A stretch of 64,000 nt of DNA from positions 52,019 to 116,018 of the forward strand of contig JAGVDM010000003.1 of assembly GCA_020058765.1 (NCBI GenBank), written 5' to 3'. Made by a program: the position numbers and the translations under genes. Of the stretch, positions 54,398 through 63,862 are shown in pieces; position 1 is the stretch's first letter, and the number at the start of each line of letters is the position of its first letter. Below the pieces are notes generated by a model. The model ran no database searches. It was not told where the DNA came from and saw only the letters and a list, made by a program, of their open reading frames with translations. Origin of the DNA: Candidatus Peribacterales bacterium (GTDB lineage: Bacteria > Patescibacteriota > Gracilibacteria > Peribacterales > Peribacteraceae).

Positions 54398-56767
54398 ATG
54401 ACACCAAACACACAGCAAAAACCGGCACAGTACCCCATTCTACTTGCAGCTATTGATGACTTGCTCGGTCTGCATACGCAGGCCACGCGCGTGCTCAAGG
54501 GTGCTACAGATGGTGATTCTCTGACAGCAGATGAAAAGGACATTCTGCGGCTCTATGAAGAAGGCTTGCAGAAAACTCTGGATCTGATCGCTCCTGCAGG
54601 CATGCAGGTGCTCAATGACGAGCTCATTATCAATGAGCGCCATTCGCGCACACTCTACGTGCACAACTGGCCAAACTACCTGTACCCGAACTGGCTCTCG
54701 TCGGTGATCAACTTCGATGCAGAGATGGACATCTCGCATTACATCTACCCATCGAGCAACAAGATCATCATGAAGATGCTGCGCAAGAAGGTAACAGAAA
54801 TGCGCGCATCGATCCGTATGTTGGAACAGCGCGGCATCGTTCGCGACCCGGTGCTGGAAGCAGCACTGCAGGACGCAGAAGAACTGCGTGACCTGCTCGC
54901 TCGCGGCCGCGAGAAGCTGTTCCAGTTCGGTATGTACATCACGCTCTACGAGCAAGATCCTAAAGCACTCAAAAAGCTGCAGACGGATATAGAATCGCTC
55001 CTGGGCGGACGATTGGTGCTCACAAAGCCAGCACACTTCCAAATGGAACATGCTTGGGTGAGCACATTACCGTTTTGTTTGGATGAGCTGGAAATCACAC
55101 GCAACATGAACACCTCGCCGCTTGCGACGAGCTTCCCCTTCTCTAGCTCCGACCTTACATCTGATCACGGCATTCTGTACGGCATCAACCGTCACAACGA
55201 TAGCTTGGTGATCTTTGATCGCTTCGATCTGGCCAATGCCAACGCCACGGTGTTCGCTACTTCCGGTGCGGGTAAATCGTTTACCGTGAAACTCGAAATT
55301 CTGCGCTCGATGATGTTCGGCACGGAAGTGTTCGTCATCGACCCAGAAAACGAATACGTCGAACTAGCCGAAGCAGTGGGCGGCACACATATTCCCATTT
55401 CGCTACAGAGCTCGCACCGCATCAATCCATTCGATCTGCCACATGCAGTGCGCGGAGAAGATGCTCAACCTGGTGAGATTCTGCGATCCGCAGTCATCAA
55501 CCTCCACGGCCTCTTTAAGCTCATGCTTGGTACGCTCACCCCAGCGGAGGACGGTGTGCTCGACAAGGCAATCCTCGATACATACGCCTTGAAGAAGATC
55601 AAAATGGACACGCCGAACCCGCACGATTTTGAGCCGCCAACCATGCACGAGCTCGTAGATGTGCTCACCACAACAGATGGCGGCGAACACATGGCGCAAA
55701 CACTCAAGAAGTACACCGAAGGAAGCTACTCTGGGGTCTTCGATCGCCAGACAAATATTGAGCTCAACAAGCAGATGGTGGTGTTCCAGATCCGCGACCT
55801 AGAAGAACAGCTCCGTCCGATCGCCATGTACGTGGTGCTCAACTTTCTCTGGAACCGCATCCGTGCAGACTTCAAGCGCCGCATTATGATCATCGACGAG
55901 GCGTGGAACCTCATGCAGCACGAGGACTCCGCACGCTTCCTCTATGGTCTCATTAAACGCGCACGTAAGTACTTCCTTGGTATTACTACCATCACGCAGG
56001 ACGTGGAAGACTTCGTGAATTCCCCGTACGGTAAACCGATTATTACCAACGCCGCATTCCAGATTCTGCTCAAGCAATCTGCATCGGCAGTGGATAACCT
56101 ACAGAAGCTCTTCTACCTCACCGACGGTGAGAAGTATCTGCTGCTCAACTCCGATGTAGGACAAGGGTTGTTCTTCGCAGGCAACAAGCACGTGGCGATC
56201 CAGATTGTAGCGAGCCCACAGGAAGAAAAGCTGATTACAACGAAGCCAGATGAAGTGCTCAAGAAGCAGAAAGAGAAAGAGGAGCAGAAGCGCATCGCAG
56301 AAATCGATGCTGCTGCTGCAAAAGCAGGGAAGGGTGAGGAATCCAATGAAAAAAAGAAGTCCGTTGCCCCCACCAAGACAGCAGCAAAGCCTTCGACAAA
56401 GAAAGACGAGGATCGCCCACCAAATGCACGCGTGATGGAAGTGGTAAAAGCAATGCAAGGCGGTGATCACACACCGCATGTGGAACGAAAGATCATGCTT
56501 TCGGAATCAGAAGAGGAAAATGAGCGCATCTTCAATGAGGCTGAGCGCAAGCACGCAGAAGAAGAGAAGCTTGCAGCACAAAAGGCTGCCGAAGCAGAGC
56601 GTGTTACCAAAGAAGCAGCTGCGAAGAAGAATACTGCTCCAAAGCCCGCTGCAAAGGACTCTACAAAGTCCTCCACAAAGGACTCTGCATCGACGAACCC
56701 CTACCTCGCACAACCCAAAAAGCAGCCGCCAAAAGATGAACAAAAGAAAGAGGGTGCAGCGTCTTAG
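54398..56767 (+). CDS. virB4: VirB4/TrbE/TraC-like type IV secretion ATPase with a K/E/A-rich disordered tail
   Basis: Walker A ATSGAGKSFTVK and Walker B RIMIIDEAWNLM (the DEAW signature). The last ~190 aa are low complexity. Confidence 0.8.
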   Translation: MTPNTQQKPAQYPILLAAIDDLLGLHTQATRVLKGATDGDSLTADEKDILRLYEEGLQKTLDLIAPAGMQVLNDELIINERHSRTLYVHNWPNYLYPNWLSSVINFDAEMDISHYIYPSSNKIIMKMLRKKVTEMRASIRMLEQRGIVRDPVLEAALQDAEELRDLLARGREKLFQFGMYITLYEQDPKALKKLQTDIESLLGGRLVLTKPAHFQMEHAWVSTLPFCLDELEITRNMNTSPLATSFPFSSSDLTSDHGILYGINRHNDSLVIFDRFDLANANATVFATSGAGKSFTVKLEILRSMMFGTEVFVIDPENEYVELAEAVGGTHIPISLQSSHRINPFDLPHAVRGEDAQPGEILRSAVINLHGLFKLMLGTLTPAEDGVLDKAILDTYALKKIKMDTPNPHDFEPPTMHELVDVLTTTDGGEHMAQTLKKYTEGSYSGVFDRQTNIELNKQMVVFQIRDLEEQLRPIAMYVVLNFLWNRIRADFKRRIMIIDEAWNLMQHEDSARFLYGLIKRARKYFLGITTITQDVEDFVNSPYGKPIITNAAFQILLKQSASAVDNLQKLFYLTDGEKYLLLNSDVGQGLFFAGNKHVAIQIVASPQEEKLITTKPDEVLKKQKEKEEQKRIAEIDAAAAKAGKGEESNEKKKSVAPTKTAAKPSTKKDEDRPPNARVMEVVKAMQGGDHTPHVERKIMLSESEEENERIFNEAERKHAEEEKLAAQKAAEAERVTKEAAAKKNTAPKPAAKDSTKSSTKDSASTNPYLAQPKKQPPKDEQKKEGAAS

Positions 56768-57855
56768 CGTGCATCTTCGATGAGTGGTGTCTCGGCTACC
56801 TGATCTTCCACCACACGCCAGCGTAGTTCTGGCTGCAGTTTGCCAGAGAGCGCAAACCCAGCAGCTTTACGGTGCCCACCGCCATGGAAACGACTCGCCA
56901 TGGCAGCCACGTCTACATCATCACGCAGCGTACGGAGCGATCCTTTCACTTTGCCATCACGCTCAGAGAGGATGAGGGAGAAGCGCATACCAGGAACAGC
57001 ATTCACATAATCGATTGCCCCGGTGAGCTCGGAATAATCGGCGCCCGTGGCGCGGAAGTCCCCTTCTGTCACTGCGGAAATTGCTGCGCCCTCCTGCGTA
57101 ATGGAAATTTTCTCGAGCACGCGCCCCCACAACTTGAGCGTGCTGACTTTTGCCGTGCGGAACACGGCATTCACAATTGCCTGGCGCCTGGCACCGGCGC
57201 GGAGCAAGCGCGCAACCGTACGATACACGCCAGCTGTAGTGTTGCTATGGAGCAATCCACCCGTGTCGGTATACACGCCCGTGAGTAGACACGTGGCAAT
57301 GTCGCTCGAAATCGGCCACTCGAGACGGTCCGCCAGGTCCACAATGATTTCGCAGGCAGACGCAGCATTGGGCACGATGATGTTCACCGTTCCAAACCGA
57401 GTATTCGTTGGGTGGTGGTCGATGTTCACACTCCTTGTAGTAGGATCAAAAAGCTGCGGATGGCTTTCGTGCATTTCGGTGAGCTTGGGCTCAGCACTAT
57501 CTACGAAAACGACGGCATCCCCTTCCAGAAGCGTTGGTGGCCCTTGCACACGTCCGGAACCCGGGAGAAAGCGGAATACATCGGGCACGGGATCCACGCA
57601 GTGCACCGTCACCCGAGTGTTGGGGTACGCCTGCTCGAGGAGTGCGCCAATACCAAGCAAAGCGCCGATCGCATCGCCGTCTGGATTGCGATGGCAAATG
57701 CACAACAGTCGCTTCGCCGTGGAGAGGAGTTCCTGCGCCGACCGTGCGTCTTCGATCTGCACCATAAGGGAGCGAGGGTAACGCTGACACGCAAAGCCGG
57801 CAATGCGCTGGAGTTGCGCACAATCCAAAGCTGTCGCATGACGAACGAACGCCAA
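56764..57855 (-). CDS. nrnA: DHH/DHHA1 phosphoesterase (NrnA-type oligoribonuclease / pAp phosphatase)
   Basis: HRNPDGDAIGA, the DHH block (IDHH), and the DHHA1 motif GGGHRKAAG. Confidence 0.85.
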   Translation of the reverse strand: MAFVRHATALDCAQLQRIAGFACQRYPRSLMVQIEDARSAQELLSTAKRLLCICHRNPDGDAIGALLGIGALLEQAYPNTRVTVHCVDPVPDVFRFLPGSGRVQGPPTLLEGDAVVFVDSAEPKLTEMHESHPQLFDPTTRSVNIDHHPTNTRFGTVNIIVPNAASACEIIVDLADRLEWPISSDIATCLLTGVYTDTGGLLHSNTTAGVYRTVARLLRAGARRQAIVNAVFRTAKVSTLKLWGRVLEKISITQEGAAISAVTEGDFRATGADYSELTGAIDYVNAVPGMRFSLILSERDGKVKGSLRTLRDDVDVAAMASRFHGGGHRKAAGFALSGKLQPELRWRVVEDQVAETPLIEDAR

Positions 57856-57867
57856 GGAGAATTACCC

Positions 57868-58188
57868 CTACGTAGCCTCGTCGAGCAACTGATCAATGCG
57901 CGACACTTTCTCGGCTACTCGGTCAACACGGAACCGAATGATCGGCGCGCGAAAACGCTGGAGCGCATGGAACAATGTCTTCTGGAACTCATCACGCTTC
58001 TCTTCCAAGTATGCCAAGGCGTCATTGGGCGACTGCAGTGCGCTAATGTACACGGTGGCGTACGAGCAATCTTTGGACACCGCCACCTCGGTAATGGTCA
58101 CAATACCGCAGCTTGGGGGACATTCGCGGAGTGCGGGCGAGATCACTTGCCGCACGGTAGTGCCGATTGTTTCGGGACGCGTCGCCAT
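57868..58188 (-). CDS. rbfA: Ribosome-binding factor A
   Basis: The KH-like core VTITEVAVSKDCSYATVYIS. The ATG at 58188 was chosen inside the longer ORF. Confidence 0.8.
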   Translation of the reverse strand: MATRPETIGTTVRQVISPALRECPPSCGIVTITEVAVSKDCSYATVYISALQSPNDALAYLEEKRDEFQKTLFHALQRFRAPIIRFRVDRVAEKVSRIDQLLDEAT

Positions 58189-58218
58189 GGAGTAGCAGCA
58201 TACTCTATGCTGTAGCCA

Positions 58219-59091
58219 ATGTCCGCACCGAAAACCGTTCTCTTCTGTGGCACGCCCGCCTTCGCCATCCCGGCGTTGCGCGCTGTGCACGCGTGTCCAG
58301 ATCTGCAGATCACCGCCGTCGTGACGCAGCCAGATCGACCGGTGGGACGCACGAAGGAACTCACTGCACCGCCAGTAAAGGATGTAGCACTGGAGCTTGG
58401 TCTCACAGTGCTTCAACCAGAACAGGTAAATACCGAATTGCCTGCCGTGCTCACAGAGCCACCGGATTACCTTGTCACCGTTGCCTACGGGGAACTCATC
58501 AAGGATGCACTACTTACGTTGCCACGCATTTCGCCAATCAATGTGCATCCGTCCCTGCTCCCCCGCTGGCGCGGCGCGTCCCCGCTGCAACACACGATCC
58601 TCGCGGGAGACACAGAAGCAGGCACCACCATCCAGGTAATGGGCGCCGAGCTAGATGCGGGCGACATCCTCGCACAGGAACGCGTTGCTGTGCTGCCACG
58701 GGAAACAACAGCAACGCTCCACGACAAGCTCGCCACACTCTCTGCAACACTCCTTGTGCAGGTACTCACACATCCGCTCTCCCCCACGCCACAATCTGCG
58801 AATGGCATAACCTTCTGCAAAAAGCTCGCGCGTGAGAACGGTATTGTGGATCCGACCACGATGGATGCGGAAACAATTGATCGCACCGTGCGCGCACTCC
58901 ACCCGTGGCCGGGTGTGAGTTGCTCAGTGCAGGGGGAAGAGGTGAAATTGCACGCAACAAGCCTGGAGCCGCAAAGCTCCGCGCTCGCGCTCCCCTGCAG
59001 CAACGGAACAACACTCTACGTGCTGCAGATTCAATCTGCCGGCAAGCGCGTAATGACAGGCGAAGAGTGGCAGCGAGGACGCAGGCAGTGA
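58219..59091 (+). CDS. fmt: Methionyl-tRNA formyltransferase
   Basis: VLFCGTPAFAIPAL, INVHPSLLPRWRGASP, and a C-terminal OB-like domain. Confidence 0.92.
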   Translation: MSAPKTVLFCGTPAFAIPALRAVHACPDLQITAVVTQPDRPVGRTKELTAPPVKDVALELGLTVLQPEQVNTELPAVLTEPPDYLVTVAYGELIKDALLTLPRISPINVHPSLLPRWRGASPLQHTILAGDTEAGTTIQVMGAELDAGDILAQERVAVLPRETTATLHDKLATLSATLLVQVLTHPLSPTPQSANGITFCKKLARENGIVDPTTMDAETIDRTVRALHPWPGVSCSVQGEEVKLHATSLEPQSSALALPCSNGTTLYVLQIQSAGKRVMTGEEWQRGRRQ

Positions 59092-59122
59092 CCCCGAACG
59101 TGAACTGCGTATACTTGGGGCA

Positions 59123-60421
59123 ATGCGCATTGCATCACTCCTGTTCTCTGCAGCGCTGCTGCTCCATCCATTTGCCGCACTGGCGGCACTGGATAGCGAC
59201 GGCGACGGCTTGGAAGACACGGAGGAAATCACACGTGGCACCGACCCACAGAACGCCGATACCGACGGCGGCGGTGAGGCCGACGGTGCGGAAATTGCCA
59301 ATGGACGCGATCCGAACGTGCAGGAGGATGACCTCACATTCGACCGCGATAACGACACGCTCACCAATGGCGAGGAAGAGGCAATGGGCACCGACCCGTC
59401 CTCTGCCGATACAGATGAAGACGGAACGAACGACGCAGACGATCGCTATCCACTCGATCGGGAATACAGCCGCGATGAGGACGAAGACGGCATGCCCGAC
59501 GAATACGAAGAAAAGTATAACTTCTCCCCTACGCTCCGCGCAGATGCAGAAGAGGATACCGATGGAGATGGCCTCAAGAATATCGACGAGTTCATCTACG
59601 GCACAGACCCTATGAATACCGACACCGATAATGACGGCGTCATTGATGGCGAAGAAGTAGAAAAAGGCACAGAACCACTCGAGAATCCCTGCTTGGAATT
59701 CGGTTCACCCAAGCAACCGTTTGCAGATGTATCGAAGCACTGGGCGGAGGGATATGCCGTGCGACTGCAACGCGTGAAAGTGCAACCAACAGGCGCACGT
59801 TTGGCTGATGGATACGCCGAAGGCGATGTGCGGCTTTTTGCACCAGACCGAGCGATCTCACGGTTCGAATTACTGAAGCTCGCGCTCTTGAGTAGCTGCA
59901 TAACAGTGGAGGATACGCAGGAACCTGCAACAGTCTTCACCGATGTACCACTCGCTGTTCGCCCTCGCGAACCAGCAGATCGTGCTGAGCGACGCCGCAT
60001 TATTTACAGCGCAATGCGTGAAGGCATTGTGCAAGGCTACGAAGATGGTACGTTTCGACCCGATGCTCCAGTGAACCGTGCCGAGGCTGTGAAGATCTTG
60101 CTCGCTGCAGCACGGCTCAAACCCTTAAGTGACTACGATATTCCCGCACCACAATTTAGCGACGTACCAGTGGATGCGTGGTTTCGCGAATCAATCGAGC
60201 TCGCAGTGGGATACGACCTGCTTACTGGCTACCCAGATGGCACATTCCGACCGGAGCAGTCGATCACCCGCGCTGAGGCGGGGAAGCTCGTGTACTTGCT
60301 CATGCTTATCAACCCGCATGTGAACGGCTATGTGCTCCCGGCGGATGGCCTCGGGCTCACAGACACAGCAGAGGAAGACATGAAACACCTTGAACCCACT
60401 ACAGAAGATTCTGCCGAATAA
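59123..60421 (+). CDS. Secreted protein with thrombospondin-type-3 Ca-binding repeats and three SLH domains
   Basis: Signal peptide, at least five D.D.DG..D motifs (DSDGDGLEDTEE, DTDGGGEADG, DTDEDGTNDADD, DTDGDGLKNIDE, DTDNDGVIDGEE), and three FxDV...W...A SLH-like segments. Confidence 0.8.
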   Translation: MRIASLLFSAALLLHPFAALAALDSDGDGLEDTEEITRGTDPQNADTDGGGEADGAEIANGRDPNVQEDDLTFDRDNDTLTNGEEEAMGTDPSSADTDEDGTNDADDRYPLDREYSRDEDEDGMPDEYEEKYNFSPTLRADAEEDTDGDGLKNIDEFIYGTDPMNTDTDNDGVIDGEEVEKGTEPLENPCLEFGSPKQPFADVSKHWAEGYAVRLQRVKVQPTGARLADGYAEGDVRLFAPDRAISRFELLKLALLSSCITVEDTQEPATVFTDVPLAVRPREPADRAERRRIIYSAMREGIVQGYEDGTFRPDAPVNRAEAVKILLAAARLKPLSDYDIPAPQFSDVPVDAWFRESIELAVGYDLLTGYPDGTFRPEQSITRAEAGKLVYLLMLINPHVNGYVLPADGLGLTDTAEEDMKHLEPTTEDSAE

Positions 60422-60435
60422 ATCAGGCAGCGCAA

Positions 60436-60454
60436 AGCCGGGCATAGCCCGGCT
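60436..60454. terminator. Short hairpin between convergent genes
   Basis: AGCCGGGC-ata-GCCCGGCT. Confidence 0.4.
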
Positions 60455-60479
60455 GGAGCGCTTCCACCGTAGAGAAATA

Positions 60480-60809
60480 TTAGACGTGGCTCTGCATTTC
60501 CTGGAAGGCCTGGATGAATTTTTCCAGATCTTCGGAGTCGAACATAATCGTCGTCTTCTGGCCACCGCGAGACTTCTCGCTCACCTTGAAGAACTTGCCG
60601 TTCCCGGACTGCTTTAAGTCGATGTAGAACGTGCGCTGGCGCCCGTGGATAGTGATGCTGTGCACTTCGTCAGCAAAACGGCGATCGCCACCTCCGCCAC
60701 CTGCTGGTGGGCGAGGTGCCTGACTGCGCTGCTGTGGCGCTTCGCCAGAAGAATGCTGGTCGCCCTCATCGGACGGCATGCCTGTGAGCTCTGCCATTGG
60801 ATCAAACAT
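60480..60809 (-). CDS. PUR-alpha-like (DUF3276-type) single-stranded nucleic-acid-binding protein
   Basis: The segment TFYIDLKQSGNGKFFKVSEKSRGGQKTTIMFDSEDLEKFIQAF fits a PUR repeat. The start is uncertain (60809 or 60797; the ORF opens at 60863). Confidence 0.6.
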   Translation of the reverse strand: MFDPMAELTGMPSDEGDQHSSGEAPQQRSQAPRPPAGGGGGDRRFADEVHSITIHGRQRTFYIDLKQSGNGKFFKVSEKSRGGQKTTIMFDSEDLEKFIQAFQEMQSHV

Positions 60810-60911
60810 AGAAAGATTGGGTAGGAAAGTAATCAACGCTCCCTTCGCCGGTCGTCCTCGCACATGCGTGCTGAAAATGGCTGTTACTGAGAGCGCTATA
60901 AGACTACTCCG

Positions 60912-62474
60912 TCACGCCTTTGGTGCAACCGAGTCCTCGATTTTCGGGAACAGGATTGCGGGCTCACCCACGGTTTTCCAATCCTTCTGACTGCCCCACT
61001 GCTTCATGTCGTCAGTAATCACAAAATCGTGATCAAGCATCTTGGCGGCATATGACACACCGAGCTGCGTACTGATTTTCTGCGCAGTTTCCGGCATGAA
61101 TGGCAGCAGCATGAGAGCTATGTGACGCAGACATTCCGCAAAGTTCCCGAGCGTCTGGATGCGTTTTTCTACATCGTCTTTTATTGTCCAAGGAGCGCGA
61201 TCATTAAATGCACCATTCAAGATTGATACTGCTTCGGTCAGGCTTTGCATCGCTGCATGTAACTCGAAAGTATCCATTTGTTGAGCAAAGTCATCCCACA
61301 GCTTCTTTGTCTGCGATACAGACTCCTCATCGGTCGGAATCTGTACAACACCACCATCTTTCCGCAATAATACGAGTGCACGATTCAACATATTCCCAAG
61401 TTGGTTTCTCAACTTGGCATCGTACATTTCCTCGAGCCGCTTCCAGCTAAAATCCCCATCTCGCCCAACCGGAACTTCGTGGCTCAGGTAGAACCGCAGT
61501 GCATCCACGCCGTATTTGTCGATCACATCTTGAGGCACCACCACGTTGCCGAGGCTTTTGCTCATCTTCTCGCCTTCGCTGGTAAGGAACCCGTGTACGA
61601 GCAAGCGATCCGGAATGCGTACACCTGCTGCTTTGAGCATGCTCGGCCAAATGAGCGCATGGAAACGCGTGATGTCCTTGCCAATCACATGTGTGACTAC
61701 TGCATCGTCCCACCATTCACGCTCTTCGTTCTTCGTAAAATAGCCGAGGCCAGAAATGTAATTGGTGAGTGCATCGCACCACACGTACATCACATGATCT
61801 TCGTCACCTGGCACATCAATGCCCCATGCGAGGCTTGTCTTTGGGCGCGAGAATGACACATCTTCGAGCCCCTGATCCAAGAGCGACAGTGTTTCGTTCG
61901 CACGGAAATCGGGCACGATGCGGTACTCTTCCTTGCCCCAATCTTTCGTGAGCAAACTCCGGAGATTTTCGGTGTCTTTGGAGAGCAGGAAGAACCAGTT
62001 TTCCTCAGTCACTTCATCCGGAATGGTGTGGTGCACTGGACACTTGCCGTCTTCTAGATCTTTCTTGGGCATAAAGCGCTCGCAGCCGGCGCAATAGAGC
62101 CCTGTGTAGCTGCGCTTCTCGAGCATGCCGGCATCTTTGAGCTTGTTCCACAGCGCCTGCACCGTTGCCTTGTGGCCGCTGTCCGCAGACGTGCGGATGA
62201 ATTTGTCGTAGGAAATACCCAACCGTGTATAGAGATCCTGAAACAACACAACGTTGCGATCCACGAGTGCACGCGGGGTAACCCCCTCTTCCTCGGCTTT
62301 GCGCTGGATCTTGATGCCGTGCTCGTCGGTACCAATCTGGAAACGCACCTCATCTCCACGTAAACGGAACCAACGTGCACACACGTCGGCGAGCACCTTC
62401 TCCAGCACGTGCCCCATGTGCGGAGCAGCGTTGGGGTAGTCGATCGCGGTGGTGATGTACTGGCGCTTGCCCAT
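60912..62474 (-). CDS. metG: Methionyl-tRNA synthetase
   Basis: YPNAAPHMGH (HIGH motif), KMSKSLGN, and a CxxC..C..H zinc knuckle. Confidence 0.95.
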   Translation of the reverse strand: MGKRQYITTAIDYPNAAPHMGHVLEKVLADVCARWFRLRGDEVRFQIGTDEHGIKIQRKAEEEGVTPRALVDRNVVLFQDLYTRLGISYDKFIRTSADSGHKATVQALWNKLKDAGMLEKRSYTGLYCAGCERFMPKKDLEDGKCPVHHTIPDEVTEENWFFLLSKDTENLRSLLTKDWGKEEYRIVPDFRANETLSLLDQGLEDVSFSRPKTSLAWGIDVPGDEDHVMYVWCDALTNYISGLGYFTKNEEREWWDDAVVTHVIGKDITRFHALIWPSMLKAAGVRIPDRLLVHGFLTSEGEKMSKSLGNVVVPQDVIDKYGVDALRFYLSHEVPVGRDGDFSWKRLEEMYDAKLRNQLGNMLNRALVLLRKDGGVVQIPTDEESVSQTKKLWDDFAQQMDTFELHAAMQSLTEAVSILNGAFNDRAPWTIKDDVEKRIQTLGNFAECLRHIALMLLPFMPETAQKISTQLGVSYAAKMLDHDFVITDDMKQWGSQKDWKTVGEPAILFPKIEDSVAPKA

Positions 62475-62530
62475 GCGTAAGACAGCCTAGCGACGTTGCG
62501 CCAGACCGTGAAGCGGAAACACGAAGCTGA

Positions 62531-62881
62531 TTACGCCGTCGCATCTGCCACGAACTGCTCCACGAACATCACGAATCCCTCGCCGAGAATGGCAAGAGCA
62601 ACACCAACCGCCGCAGCGATCATAATGTTCTTTCCTTCGTTCCGTCCTTCGTCGCTCCCCCCGGAAGTCACCATTTTGAACGCACCCCATAGGAAGAACA
62701 CCACCGCAGCACCGCCGATGACTTCGGAAACGATATCGATCACGCGCACAGCAAACTGAATAAGGAATGCACTCCCCGCTCCGCAACCTGGGTGCAATGT
62801 CTCGCAGTATTGCTGGTAAATAAAATCTTCTGCCTGCGCAGACGGGATGAGTGAAGCCAATAATGAAAGTAGTGTGAACAT
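62531..62881 (-). CDS. VirB2/TrbC-like pilin (third gene of the pilin operon)
   Basis: Signal peptide ..PSAQA, then a TM helix, the loop SGGSDEGRNEGKN, and a second TM helix. TAATG overlap with the upstream gene. Confidence 0.6.
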   Translation of the reverse strand: MFTLLSLLASLIPSAQAEDFIYQQYCETLHPGCGAGSAFLIQFAVRVIDIVSEVIGGAAVVFFLWGAFKMVTSGGSDEGRNEGKNIMIAAAVGVALAILGEGFVMFVEQFVADATA

Positions 62882-63459
62882 TAGAAATTCAAATTTACAA
62901 CAGCTCCTACAATCGGACGCGACATGTTGATGAGGATACCTCCAATAATTGCCCAGAGCAGCATGGTACGAGCTTTGTCCGTTTCTTCACTCTTGCCGCG
63001 ACCGAGTACAAGGCGCAACCCTGCGACCATCGCCACAATGGTGAAGGTGATATTGAACATCACGAGCATGAAGTCCACTGCAATAGTCGCAATCGCGAGG
63101 AATGGATTGCCACCACCCGAAGCTGCATTCGCACGCCCCACAGTAAAGGAAATGATCGTCTGTGAGAGCAGCGCTAGAGCAAAACCGCCGAGCGCATACA
63201 AAATCGAATTGCGTCCTTGGCTGATCTTGGATTCATCACCGCCGCTAATGAGCATTTGCGCGCCTCCCCACACCACAAATACGACAGCTGCTGCCGCGAC
63301 AACAGCTACAAGAAGGTCTGCCACACTCCCCAGGATTGCCGGTGCGTTGTTCTCCGCCGAGCACCCACCTACGAGCGTACAGGCAAGACTTGCCCCACCT
63401 GCCGCAAACGTTGGCGTTGCGTGCAGGAGTCCCCCGAGGATGAGGAAGAGTACAAACAT
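62881..63459 (-). CDS. Tandem-fused double VirB2/TrbC-like pilin
   Basis: Two consecutive TM-loop-TM modules, with loops SGGDESKISQGRN and GRGKSEETDKART. Confidence 0.6.
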   Translation of the reverse strand: MFVLFLILGGLLHATPTFAAGGASLACTLVGGCSAENNAPAILGSVADLLVAVVAAAAVVFVVWGGAQMLISGGDESKISQGRNSILYALGGFALALLSQTIISFTVGRANAASGGGNPFLAIATIAVDFMLVMFNITFTIVAMVAGLRLVLGRGKSEETDKARTMLLWAIIGGILINMSRPIVGAVVNLNF

Positions 63460-63461
63460 GA

Positions 63462-63857
63462 TTAGTCAAAGAAGAGATCGTTCAGAATTCGTAGAATTGT
63501 TCCAGTAAATGACAGAACGACAATGCCGAGAATGGCACCGATCATCTTCGCCTTTCCAGTGGCGCGTTTATCGGCCTGATCGCTCGAAATCATGATCAAG
63601 AAGCCGCCGTAGAGCATCCAGAGAATACAAATACCCACGGCAACGCTGTAGAGCCACGGGAGCGTGGAGTTGAAGTAGTTGAACCACGTGGTCAGCCCAG
63701 GTCCAATGGTAATTTCATTCGGGCCGCTGATCGGTTCCAAAAGTGGCACCTTTCCGCGCACCATTGCATCGTCAGCAAATGCGCTCGGTGGCAGTGTCCC
63801 CGCCATTGCAGCAAGCCTGAAGGCCACGGAACGGATGTGCTTCCAAAAAGAAATCAT
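63462..63857 (-). CDS. VirB2/TrbC-like pilin (first gene of the pilin operon)
   Basis: Signal peptide ..PSAFA, then a TM helix, the loop SSDQADKRATGKAK, and a second TM helix. The ATG is at 63857; the ORF-track start at 63860 is TTG. Confidence 0.6.
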   Translation of the reverse strand: MISFWKHIRSVAFRLAAMAGTLPPSAFADDAMVRGKVPLLEPISGPNEITIGPGLTTWFNYFNSTLPWLYSVAVGICILWMLYGGFLIMISSDQADKRATGKAKMIGAILGIVVLSFTGTILRILNDLFFD

Positions 63858-63862
63858 CAAAA

